A DNA stretch of 47,846 nt, from the NCBI GenBank assembly GCA_964014485.1, contig CAXHAT010000038.1:1-47846 (forward strand), written 5' to 3'. Every line of letters starts with the position of its first letter. The stretch's first letter is position 1. The DNA is from an uncultured Deferribacteres bacterium. GTDB lineage: Bacteria; Zhuqueibacterota; Zhuqueibacteria; Zhuqueibacterales; Geothermadaptataceae. Shown here one piece after another: positions 32,801 through 39,000 of the stretch. The notes beneath the pieces are model-generated. The model made no database searches, was not told the origin of the DNA, and saw nothing but the letters and a program-made list of their open reading frames with translations. Both the position numbers and the translations under genes were made by a program.

Positions 32801-33712
32801 TTGCTGGAAAAACCGCCGTTTGACGAAAACAGCGGTCAGCTCGCCGCCGTTTCGAATAACCAGGCCGAAGTCGCGATTCAGACCGAGCCAAAACAACTGC
32901 AGGTCGCGGCGATTCCCTTCGCATTTGGCGGGCCGAGCGCCGCCGGGCAGAGCGATTTGTTGATGATGCGCCTGCGTTTTCTCAACATCGGCGATCAGGG
33001 TTCGAACGCAGTCGTTTTGCAGGGCATGACCTTTTTTCTGGAAGATCGATTCGGCGAAAGCATCGCGCCGAACAGCGCGATTAAGGAGTTGAAAATCGCC
33101 AAATACAATTCCGGCGAAACCTACGGCGCACTGACCTCGATTCCGGCGGAAAATCCGCTCACCGTTGATCTCGCTATGGAAAAATTGTTTCAGGCAGGCG
33201 TTCCGGATTCCATCGATATTCTGGTCGACGTCTCGGACGCGCCTTCAGCGACGGATTTTCAATTGATGCTCGCTTCCAGCGAATCGATTCAGGCAATCGA
33301 CGCGGCTTCCGGACGTGCGGTGGAAGTGATCGACGAGACCGGCGCGACAGGGCTGGGCTTTTCGCTGCTATCGCAAGCTTCGGCGTTGTCGGTGGCGGAT
33401 TTTAAGGAATTTTACAATTACCCGAACCCGATGAAGCCGGGTGCGGAAAACGGCACACGCTTCAATTTCTGGCTGCCGCAAAACTCGAAAGTCGAATTCA
33501 GAATTCTCACATTGACCGGGAAATTAGTCTACTCCGCGACGTTCGACGAGAACTCGCCGCAAGGTCAGGCCGGTCCGCGCCGCTCCGATGCGATGCGCAT
33601 TTTCTGGGACGGCCGCAACGGCAGCGGGCGCACTGTGCTCAACGGCGTGTACATCGCCGTGCTCAAAACCGACGCCGGCGTGGTGACCACGAAAGTCGCG
33701 GTGGCGAAGTAG
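17810..33712 (+). CDS. Giant (5300 aa) secreted Ig-like repeat surface protein/adhesin with T9SS type-A/FlgD-Ig C-terminal domain
   Basis: N-terminal signal peptide; 13 tandem 199-aa units; an invasin/Big-1-like domain (ITLTANP...DAENNPV); ~17 divergent CARDB-like beta-sandwich repeats; C-terminal YNYPNP...ILTLTGKLV...WDGRNGSG...NGVYIA...KVAVAK. Confidence 0.9.
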   Translation: MKMRLRTGVLYAGISLLAATQLIARGALTNVTLTPSNTQAGVGTIYTVSFTTDAAGNGLPADGKLVFLFPAGFDVSGVEIAANTAGLDGGYASIVSAGQTLTLTRDGTGAVLPAGASATLKIATANNPETAGGAYTIRLTTQDGAGTVLDGPTISSAFSITPGPLDHFRFAALADQTAGQAFSVTVFSEDEFDNAVTHSGTVTLTDDSSTLTASPLIFVSQTNQTISDAAITLAQTNSFLTATGDGKTGDSNLFTVTPDTLHHIEIFTELGGVGEALLDTTLTADEILVLSSAGFDSFNNYIADVPVNWEVIGGIGSLSATTGDSITTFFADTVGVGQITFQHAALSPDTTGFITVTPGAPLQVKILRGASGDSAVYVPLTYATGQTDTVHAASFDGDGNYIADEIVDWRISGGIGSLNPANGVMTVFSATTPGTGQITADHFSLFDEVTGAITVGAGGLAYIKIVEGPFGDGPELDAKNLSADETVTLHAAGYDANDNYLGDQIAFWSSTGGLSPVVTDTAVAINYNPKTAPVTGSFLAFHPTATGDATGTISIGVGAAHHVKILSGAAGNTGEVGAAGLTTGETLTLHAASFDADDNYIDDVAVNWLLSGGVGSLSSASGIATILTATSAGTGQISTQHGSLLDDATGTITVNPGALAYVRIVEGPAGDGAEFTTKSMTTDETLTLHAAGYDASDNYLGDQTVIWTSTGALAPILNESGVSVTFQPTQAPATGTILATHGTATGDETGTISVGVGAPHHLKILEGGGGQTPEVTTSGLTAGGKLIVHAASFDAADNYIGDASASWTVSGGIGTLNPTTGVSTELTAIMPGSGQISASDGLLLGDATGVITVSVGTVAEIRIVEGMSGDGLELGNVAMTADDVLFVHAAGYDAFGNYVGDQNVTWSGTNDLAGIITGTSTKITFSPTTAPAVGAISADHPTATDDVTGTITVGVGAEHHVKVLTGASGDTPEVTTVGLTTGGTLEVHAASFDADDNYVTDISVGWSLSGDIGSLDTGVGVTTTLTAAAVGTGQISADHPSLFDDATGVITVNAGTLAYVRIVEGPSGDGAAFGARTLTTDESITLHAAGYDASDNYLGDQSVIWTGTDGLAGIISGSGTSITFNPNLAPNSGTIVADHATATDDATGLITINVGAEHHVKILSDASGETSEIGSAGLVTGNTLTVHAASFDADNNYVQDVSVNWALSGGIGTLSETSSISTILTATTAGTGQITADHATLLDDATGTITVTAGALDYIKIVAGLSGDGAEFDAATLTTDQSLTLHAAGYDASDNYLGDQSVTWTGTGGLAGIISGGGTSVIFNPSLAPNSGTIVADHATATDDTTGLITINVGAEHHVKVLDGASGETSEVTTVGLTTGGTLEVHAASFDADNNYVQDVSVDWTLSGGIGTLSQASGISTILTATTAGSGQITADHATLLDDATGAITVSAGTLAYVKIVAGPSGDGAEFDAATLTTDESLTLHAAGYDASDNYLGDQTVDWSGTDGLNGLISANGTSITFNPSLAPNSGTIIADHAAATDDATGLITINVGAEHHVKVLSGASGETTEVGASGLVTGNTLTVHAASFDADNNYVQDVSVNWTLSGGIGTLSDASAISTILTATTAGTGQITADHPTLLDDATGTITVTAGTLAYIKIVAGPSGDGAEFDAATLTTDESLTLHAAGYDASDNYLGDQTVDWSGTDGLNGLISESGTSMTFNPNLAPISGTIIADHASASDDVTGLITINVGAPHHVKALTGAAGNTPEALTAGLVTGNTLTVHAASFDADDNYIDDVTVDWFLSGGIGVLSAANGVSTTLTATTAGSGQITADHATLLDDATGAITVTAGTLAYIKIVAGPSGDGAEFTSTTLTTDDALTLHAAGYDASDNYLGDQTVDWSGTDGLAGLISATGTTITFNPNLAPISGTIFADHSSATDDATGLITINVGAEHHVKVLDGVVGETSEVTAVGLTTGGTLEVHAASFDADNNYVQDVSVNWSLSGGIGTLSQASGASTILTATTAGSGQITADHATLLDDATGAITVSAGTLAYVKIVAGPSGDGAEFDTANLTTDQSLTLHAAGYDASDNYLGDQTVDWSGTDGLAGLISATGTTITFNPNLAPISGTIVADHATATDDATGLITINVGAPHHVKALSGLTGETSEVETAGLVTGGTLTLHAASFDADDNYIADVSVDWRLSGNIGTLSQASGVSTILTATTAGTGQITADHAILLDDATGTITVTTGALDYIKIVAGPSGDGAEFDAVTLTTDQSLTLHAAGYDANDNYLGDQTVDWGGTDGLNGLISETGTTLVFNPNLAPVSGTITADHASATDDATNLITINVGAEHHVKVLSESSGETTEVGAAGLVTGNTLTVHAASFDADDNYVQDVSVDWGLSGGIGTLSQASGISTILTATTGGTGQITADHAALLDDATGTITVTTGTLAYVKIVEGPFGDGPEFGARTLTTDESIALHAAGYDANDNYLGDQTVTWAGTDGLAGQISATGPMITFAPAIAPSSGTISVTHASASGDATGQITINTGAAHHVKALSGESGNTSEMASAGLVTGNTLSLHAASFDADDNYIEDVVVDWTLSGGIGVLSQSSGVSTVLTATTVGAGQITADHASLLDDATGIITVNAGTLAYVKIVEGPSGDGAELDAKNLTADQTLTLHAAGYDASDNYLGDQTVTWGATGSLAPAPSFSGTTFTFSPTTAPANGTITAIHASVPGDETGTISVGVGAEHHVLVLQGGNGETAEVSATALSTGATLTVHAASFDADQNYVQDVSVNWILSNNIGALSTASGVSTILTTTTPGSAVLTADHASLLDDASGTITVNTGNVASIKIRTAPNNGGDEVDVLSLTTDDETTFYAAGYDGSDNYFGDVSVTWTNSGTLEPTVNANGSSFTFSPTKGLGDGSISGTIIATYPGNISDATGTIAVFPGAPVGQITLTANPSGLPSDGASLSQITSDVILDAENNPVGAGKLFSVTITPANLGQIATPDADPGTAGHQIATLANGTLDFSFQAGTSGGVATVNVSGGLAAGGNTQISLGSLSILSISAASEKVSQGQTGVLVNMTVQNLAASPITQLAGALTFTGSIDRTSEFTVTPKANNPTAIAGGGTETLGFFIDVSPSAALENITIDGSASGKINTTDVATSGAATPDAWAVQRPAQVDIHSVITSADTVVQGQQGLQVRARVENNFGLSDVADAIVDSVRLVFRQGPVERTAEYVVAPSSANPTMVPGGGAVDFNFTVNVGLSATTGLTVLDAEIYARDANSDLTKTDLNAATPDGWEVIPGDAFQIAAITPSQTSVTESMLKSWQIQMTLNNSGPSAITLDLSKPKTFLRLQIGASDVTGQYTIIQPTQFDAGGTTLAANSNGVLTFTVTKTGASTGVATILGFAEGTDTATSQPISDNTNDGGTGEVNVQTQGVLSVTSVQPSEPLVTANRDFDWRVTAQVTNTGGSALELTESPSVILIGSNAGFAYVQPRFFTNGDSVLAANESRQFEMIVDQTGTQLGDLPISLTLNAMEQNSGRAVSSNAGAGTVKNQSQAALVIQNVSISAESVTAGQTAPWTATVVVENTGQSQVDLRTDAATNLRFRLNGNFQNDYIVALAEENWLGSRTKQLAGNSVDSLRFEITQTGAGTGFPELWVTAATTETNSGAEVSANDNGSATVEVQAGPNLSYIAGSLAPAIVNNGSFYAFEVRINNGGQALVALNPEATTLTFSDGGNAFSAALDANRATDLPAGETVLTFRSTQIPQNMAAQNYAPQITLNGMQNGNNFSQTLTTETNALNVSAPASVQIIALRPSQPTVTRQMTKDWFLTLIVRNNGGAEVALDSLDLVLLNGGNVTPEYTLSLPAAFLGSGSTLLGGGQTDSLRFDILDTGIKTGATTAQAKLWVIDQSNQQTIFAQTEGGGGFQVQSPATLEIVDISTSQARATQNQAQAWNVDVLVRNNGESSLDLNFDADSSGVNFSLDSGDYQISQPASLMSGDTILTGQSSGTLRYAVLQTGAQTGENLIQGFVRGVERNSDAPYFSQNDPENGGQVKIETPARLRIKSVEVSGAPNLPFVNVNQTFNVDVLVENLGEAATDSVQIQLLTDASSTIATPLIVLPDGVEGGSIETASFAVTASAGTNPLEQFFANLTGAKARNTGLNAVIEPPLDNETEVTIQLPATLEILEVLTSVDSVNAAQSAPWRVSAVVQNAGGATFRADSLLSNNLQFRIGEEVQADYVVSLPQAFANGADLNLPGGVTDTLIFTVNTTGQRGGDVDIFASLSGKDLNAAQPLNDQNSGAVFVRTTARVRVLKTEPIVNNTLGATEVGLVNTEQVFQVRVEVENGGLEEVINVKVGLDADGNSSISGGETTINSIPGGETREALFTVTANDLPTGEASAETFTAAITEATAANSQKPATISAPADSIAQVRIQTPAELALEIEVNDDDGVLSTNQLFDITANVRNLGQSAVDSIGKLTIELPENFVLINPGPAVFEQDFIPENNVVWTVRAPETAVDTAKILVRINHFPNDKNANATAQIETDSGSVSLQIVPFDLDVTEISVSEPAGGSDNVLSTGQQFTITTRIAFSSDLEDQQRSVILDAPPGYEFRSPRQIDQFSETETWELTAPDEAHGERIFIVRAAGVTGLGEAKEDADTLRMTLVSHALLEVDAFISDPPGARDGVLSLNQDFIIRANLSNRGAAGVTGDGRIRLELGQTGITTDDPLERTISLASDGFVTWRAASPDQIAQGGITVRLIQRPLDENTNLDAAVVSEISSFTVRTDSSGALQVNDVAIASPAGAADRVLSTGQEFTLGADLTWNNIANVSARLVLPLGFFTEEERRNYTAVSGSASPRWIVRAPATPALAQQIEIILEGQDANNDSIQVSTRSLPLQVEIVEKALLRLSGEIAGPDAATDGIVSMGQEFTVSARLDNLGGAQISGEDQVRLILPEGYSMQEAMVKSAVSGPVSWLIQARETPSAGIEKIQFLLEKPPFDENSGQLAAVSNNQAEVAIQTEPKQLQVAAIPFAFGGPSAAGQSDLLMMRLRFLNIGDQGSNAVVLQGMTFFLEDRFGESIAPNSAIKELKIAKYNSGETYGALTSIPAENPLTVDLAMEKLFQAGVPDSIDILVDVSDAPSATDFQLMLASSESIQAIDAASGRAVEVIDETGATGLGFSLLSQASALSVADFKEFYNYPNPMKPGAENGTRFNFWLPQNSKVEFRILTLTGKLVYSATFDENSPQGQAGPRRSDAMRIFWDGRNGSGRTVLNGVYIAVLKTDAGVVTTKVAVAK
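18881..26653 (+). repeat. Intragenic tandem array of 13 x 597 bp (199 aa; two related ~100-aa domains per unit)
   Basis: HAASFD His codons at 18980, 19577, 20174, 20771, 21368, 21965, 22562, 23159, 23756, 24353, 24950, 25547 and 26144, alternating with [HY]AAGYD. Confidence 0.95.
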
Positions 33713-33722
33713 TTTTAACCGA

Positions 33723-33807
33723 CTCGTTGCCAAGTTTTACTTCGTGTACATGAATCGAAGTAAAACTTCGAGAACAATTGCGTTCCTAAATGAAATTTGG
33801 GAACGAG
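33723..33807. repeat. Palindromic REP/MITE-like element, family B (CTCGTT...TTTGGGAACGAG)
   Basis: Inverted ends, an internal 13-bp inverted repeat AAGTTTTACTTCG/CGAAGTAAAACTT, and a right end TTTGGGAACGAGCC shared with 46043-46136. Confidence 0.7.
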
Positions 33808-33861
33808 CCTGGAATCAATGAATAGTTTTCAGTAAAAAATCAGAAAAATGAAGAACAAAAC

Positions 33862-33945
33862 AGCCCCAAAGGGGCGGAATGTAATAGCGAAGGGCGAAGC
33901 CCTGGTGCAGAACCGCCCCGTTTTCCCCAAAGCCCTGAAAGGGCG
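33862..33945. repeat. REP-like triple-hairpin element, family C
   Basis: GCCCC-AAA-GGGGC, AGGGC-GAA-GCCCT and GCCCT-GAA-AGGGC hairpins within 84 bp. Only one copy in the window. Confidence 0.6.
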
Positions 33946-33964
33946 GAAAAAAGATCGCCGACAT

Positions 33965-34096
33965 CTCATTAGCACCGGGCTTCAGCCCGGTGGTGAGCGC
34001 GAGTTTTCTTCTTTTTCTCCCATCGCGTTAACGCGATGGGAGAAAAAGAGGGATGCGTCCGTCAAAGTCCCCGCGCTGAAGCACGGGGCTAATGAG
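33965..34096. repeat. REPIN-like element, family A, enclosing a perfect 40-bp palindrome
   Basis: CTCATTAG-CACCGGGC-TTCA-GCCCGGTG ... CCCCGCGC-TGAA-GCACGGGG-CTAATGAG; 34010-34049 equals its own reverse complement. Confidence 0.85.
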
Positions 34097-34120
34097 AAAG
34101 TTGGACTCTCAGCACGCTTT

Positions 34121-36031
34121 TTGTCGCACAGGCGCTGCTTTGCGTCGATTTTGACGATTGCACTGCTTGCGTTTTCCAACGCTTCCGCGCAGGACGGCGG
34201 GACGCAGAGCGCGTTTGCAATGGGCGTGGGCGCGCGGGCGATTGCGATGGGAACGGCCTACGTCGCGACGCCGTTTGACGCTTCGGCGGCGTATTGGAAC
34301 GCGGCCGGCCTGGATCACATCGAGCAGACCAACGCGGTTTTGTTTTACGCACCCTTGCTTGGCGGAGCGAACTTTAATTATATCGGGTTCGCTTTCCCGA
34401 CTTTGCAGCTTGGTACACTGGGCGGCGGCGTTTTGAATCAGAGCGTTGGCGGCGTGGATAACAGGGACGGTTTTGGACACAAGCTCGGCACGCTCAATTT
34501 CGGTCACACGCAACTGCTGCTTTCCTACGCCAAGAAACTGCCGATGTCATTTTCGGCAGGTGTGAGTTTTAAATATGAGCGCCAAAATCTTTCGCAAAAC
34601 GCTTCCGGCGGCGCCGGGTTTGACTTTGGATTTTTGTACAAACCGGAATCCGACGCTTCCGTGCTGCGCGACGCAACGGTTGGCGTCACGATTCAAAACG
34701 TGATCGCGCCGCGCATCAAGCTGGGCGACGTTTCCGAGAATCAGCCGCGCGCGCTGCTTTTAGGCGTTGCCAAGCCGTTTCAACTAGGCGCACCGGGCAA
34801 TCATTTAAATTTATTGGCCGGATATCGCTGGAACGAAAAAGCGAAAGCAGACTTCAGCGTTGCGCTCGAATATGTTTTTCAGGGCAAGGCGATGCTGCGT
34901 TCCGGCTATACAAACGGCGCGGCCAATTTTGGCGGCGGCTTGAATTTGAACAAATACCAATTGGATTACACGATTAGCAACGAGCCGAACGCGGCGGACG
35001 TTGGCGCGTTGCAGCACCGGGTGAGCTTGTCGATCAAAATTGGCAAAACGCGGACGCAGCGCATCGAGATTTTGAAAGCGTTGGAAATGCAGCGCATTCA
35101 AGACGAGACGGTCAAGCGCATTAACTTGCGGCGCAAGCTCGATTTCGACGAGTTGATGAACAAAGGAAAATCCTATTTTGAACAAGGCGACTACTTTGTT
35201 TCGATGATTCGTTTCGCCTCGGCTCGCGAAGTTTTTCCGGATGATCAGGAAGCCGGAAAATGGCATGATCGCGCCAAAGACAAACTTGAAAGCGAACGTC
35301 AGCGTGAGATGGATCGGCTGCGCGAAACCACCGCGGCCGCTGCAACGGAGCAGGCGACGCAGAACGCGCAGCAAACTTTCATCAGGCAGCAGTTTGAAAA
35401 GGGCATGCAGTTTCTCGACGCCGGAAAATATCATGAAGCGATCACGGAATGGGAGCGCGGATTGGAGCAAGATCCTGAGAACGCATTGTTCAAGGAATGG
35501 ATTGATAAAACGCGTGAAGAGCTGCGTCTGAAGACGGTTGAAGCTTTGCGTAGAGCGCAGACTGCTGAAAACCGAAATGAAAAAACCGATGCGCTAACGC
35601 ATTATGAGCGCGCCATGCGTGAAGGCGAGGTGAACGATGCGCAGCGCGGCGAGATTGAGCGCCGGATGGACGATTTACGCCGAAAGCTCTCATCGACGGA
35701 CCTGTTCCGCCAAGGCCTGACCGCATACGTTGAGAAAGATTATAAAACGGCGATGGAGCGTTTTGAAGAAGCGCTAAAAATTTCACCGGAAGACGCCAAG
35801 CTGCAGCAGTATCGTGATGACGCGGAAGCGCGCGCCAATGCACGTATTGAAGACTTTGCTAACGATGATCAACGTCGTCGTTTCCTCGAAGCGGTTCGCC
35901 TTATCCAGCGCGAACGCTATGACGAAGCATTGAAGATTTTAACGGAATTACAGAGCGAACAACGCTACAATAAACGCTATCTCGACGCGATTGACTTGGC
36001 GCGCGAGAAAAAGGAGCTTGGGCGGCAATAG
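34121..36031 (+). CDS. PorV/PorQ-family (UPF0164-like) outer-membrane beta-barrel with C-terminal coiled-coil/TPR extension
   Basis: GVGARAIAMGTAYVA...AAYWNAAGL PorV/FadL-like N-terminus, amphipathic strands ending HRVSLSIKIG, then TPR helices. TTG 34121 gives a 23-aa signal peptide; the frame stays open back to ATG 33848. Confidence 0.85.
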   Translation: MSHRRCFASILTIALLAFSNASAQDGGTQSAFAMGVGARAIAMGTAYVATPFDASAAYWNAAGLDHIEQTNAVLFYAPLLGGANFNYIGFAFPTLQLGTLGGGVLNQSVGGVDNRDGFGHKLGTLNFGHTQLLLSYAKKLPMSFSAGVSFKYERQNLSQNASGGAGFDFGFLYKPESDASVLRDATVGVTIQNVIAPRIKLGDVSENQPRALLLGVAKPFQLGAPGNHLNLLAGYRWNEKAKADFSVALEYVFQGKAMLRSGYTNGAANFGGGLNLNKYQLDYTISNEPNAADVGALQHRVSLSIKIGKTRTQRIEILKALEMQRIQDETVKRINLRRKLDFDELMNKGKSYFEQGDYFVSMIRFASAREVFPDDQEAGKWHDRAKDKLESERQREMDRLRETTAAAATEQATQNAQQTFIRQQFEKGMQFLDAGKYHEAITEWERGLEQDPENALFKEWIDKTREELRLKTVEALRRAQTAENRNEKTDALTHYERAMREGEVNDAQRGEIERRMDDLRRKLSSTDLFRQGLTAYVEKDYKTAMERFEEALKISPEDAKLQQYRDDAEARANARIEDFANDDQRRRFLEAVRLIQRERYDEALKILTELQSEQRYNKRYLDAIDLAREKKELGRQ

Positions 36032-36086
36032 CCACTAATCAGTGATTGGCAGGTACTAATTACTGGACTCAGTTCGGAGATTCATC

Positions 36087-39000
36087 TTGTTTAGACGCAT
36101 CATAGAAAAGCAAATGCGCGTACCGGCGCATATCGATTATCTTTCTGAAATTCGCGATTTTATTACCAATCTCGGCGACCGGCATCGCCTGTCGGATACG
36201 ATTATCAAATCGTTCAAGCTCGCCATCGATGAAGCTGCGACGAACGTCATCCGTCACGCCTATCGCGATGTTGAAGAACCGGGGAATTTGACCTTGCGTG
36301 CAACGATTCGCAAAGAAAGCATGACGGTTTGCATCATCGATCAAGGCAAATTCTTTGATCCGCGCAACGTCAAAGATCCTGATCTTGACCGCTACGTCAA
36401 AATGGGCAAGAAGGGGGGGCTTGGCGTTTTCCTGATGCGCAAAATCATGGACGACGTTGAGTACCGCGCGACCGATGAAGGGAACATGCTCTGCCTGACG
36501 AAAAACCGGGAACGTGCGGTTGGCCTTTTGGAAGCGTTCATGCCGGAGTCCGTGCGTTCGATCTTTCAAAATGTGAAGACGCGTTTTTTAGTTAAGGCGA
36601 GCGTATTGATTACGGCGATTGTTTTCGCGGGCAGCCTTGTTTTTTGGCTAAAAACGCCAACCGACGTCTTGAACGAAAAATTGCCGTTGTGGCAAGAAAT
36701 GAGCGGCCAGATCGTGCAGGCTTTCGGCGAAGATCGTGCTTTGTTAGACGGGCTGGTCAGCGAAGACGCTATCGCGCTTATGAATTCGCAAGCACTACTA
36801 AATTCTCACGTTGACGAGAGCGAAATCGTTGAGTTGGCGTTGGTTGACGGCGAAGGCCGGATTAAGGCGCACAGCAATTTTAATAAAGCATTTTCTCACT
36901 ATGATCGGCCCTTGAATGAAAATTTTGAGAGGCTTGGCGAGCATCTCCTGCTCTATAAAACGCGCTTGGATGAAGATACGTCGCCGATAGGTATTTATGA
37001 TCTTTCCACGCCGATCAATTTTTCCGGCGAAGAAACGCCGACGTTGGTGCTGCACATTCGGGCGGCTGAAAGCCGCGTTAATTTTCTGATTGCTGAGAAG
37101 CGTTCAGAGATTTTGCGAATCGCGCTCAATGTCTTCGGCGTTTCCAGCGCGGCTGCTTTTCTACTCATTTATCTCGCTTTCAAGCCGATGAAAAAGCTGG
37201 TAGAATTCGTCCGATCCGGCGGAGAGACGGAATTGGATCACGGCGTTGAGCTGGACACAACTTCCGAAGCCGGAGAAATTGCACAGGCGTTTTCCAACAT
37301 TATGGTGCAGTTTCGCGAGTCGCAAAAAAACCTGGCTGAGCAAGAGCGCTTGCAGCAGGAAATGCAGGTTGCGAAAGAAATTCAGCAAACCTTGCTGCCG
37401 CATGAGTTCCCAAAGCTTGAGGGCTATGAAATCGCCGGGTACTACGAATCGGCGCAACTGGTTGGCGGCGATTATTATGACTTTGTCGAGATTGACCGCG
37501 ACACTTTAGGCGTTGTCGTTGCAGACGTTTCCGGTAAGGGCGTGCCGGGCAGTATGGTAATGACGATGATTCGACAGGCTTTGCGCACGGAAGCGCGCGG
37601 TACGAAAGACGCGGCGGCCGTGCTGGCGCGTTTGAATGATCTTGTCGTCGGCGACATTCGCAAGGGCATGTTTGTCACGCTCTTTTACATCATCATCGAC
37701 AGCAAAAAACGGCGCTTGAATTTTGCCAGCGCCGGGCACAATCCGATGATCCTTTACCGCTCATCTACGAATCAAACTTATTACTTGAACCCGCGCGGCT
37801 TTCCGATTGGTCTGCAATTGGCTGAGAAGGATTTGTTTCGCAAGTGTATCCAAAGCGATACGATTCAATTGGTAGAAGGCGACTTGATTACGCTTTACAC
37901 CGACGGCGTGACGGAAGCCATGAACAGCCAGCGTGAGCTTTACGGCGAAGAGCGCTTGCTGAAAACCATCCGTGACGGCGGCATGGACGGGGCGGATTCG
38001 TTTAGCGAGCGTCTAAGCCAGGATGTTGGCGCTTTTACGGAATCGCAGCCGCAGAATGACGACATCACTTTTGTCACGATTCGCGAAAAAACCAATTTGC
38101 AAAAGGAAGAATTGCGCCGCGCCCGCGAAGTCTGGAAGATGTACTCCGAAGGCATGACGATTCGCGAAGCCTGTGAGACCGCCGGCCTGAGCACTTACAC
38201 TTACTACAATAAATTTAAGAAGGCTTTCGAGCGCAACGGCGTGGAAAATGTTGCCGTCGATGAGTCGGTTTCGCTTGAAGCGAGGCATCTTTCGGTCGAA
38301 GAAAAATCGAGAATGTTTGATGTTATCAAAGAGCATCCTGAATTTGGCCCGAAAAGAATTTCCGCTGAATTAAACTCAGAGCGTTACGGGTTTACGGTTA
38401 TTTCAGAAAACAAAATTTATGACGAGCTGGTGCGCAACCGACTGAACACCCGGCGATTGCGGGAAGGGTACGTCGCTCGCAAGACCGGGGGCGGCAAGAA
38501 AAACAAGGCGCTCAAGCCTCCGGGCAACCCAATGTTGACGCTCGACGGACGCGTCATAATCAGCGATGAAATTCAAGCGCTGACAGCGCCGAAACCTAAA
38601 ATGCTGCCATTGTCTACGACGGATTCGGCTGGCGGTGATGAGTCGGAAAACCTGGAACAGCCATCGAAGAAGCTGTTGTCGGCTCCTCAAAAGAACGATG
38701 TTCCCGAGGAAGAGAACGGGACTCGCAATGAGGCTGTGTCGGAATTTGACGACTCAGAAAGCACTGAATTCAAAGTGGAAGTTATTGACGAAGAAGAAAG
38801 CGGAGAGAACGCGGCCTTGCAGGATGCGGATGAAGCTAAAAGCATCTTTGCCTTGGACGATCTTATTCACAGCGAAATCGAAAAGGAGTTTTCAGAGCCT
38901 GTTTTAGAAGTTGATTTTGCGGAAAACGACGAAGAACAGCTCGTTGAGAATGAAACCGGCACGACGGTGCAGGTGATCGAAGAGACCAGCATGTTGGTGG

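Noticed and set aside
31292..32896. 534-aa minus-strand ORF and other long antisense ORFs (e.g. 20276-21286, 25061-25702)
   Set aside because: Shadows of the GC-biased codons of the giant gene; Arg-rich and without recognisable motifs.
38151..38462. An inserted IS481 element or transposase pseudogene
   Set aside because: There is no DDE domain, terminal repeat, target duplication or frame disruption. It is kept only as a candidate domesticated domain.
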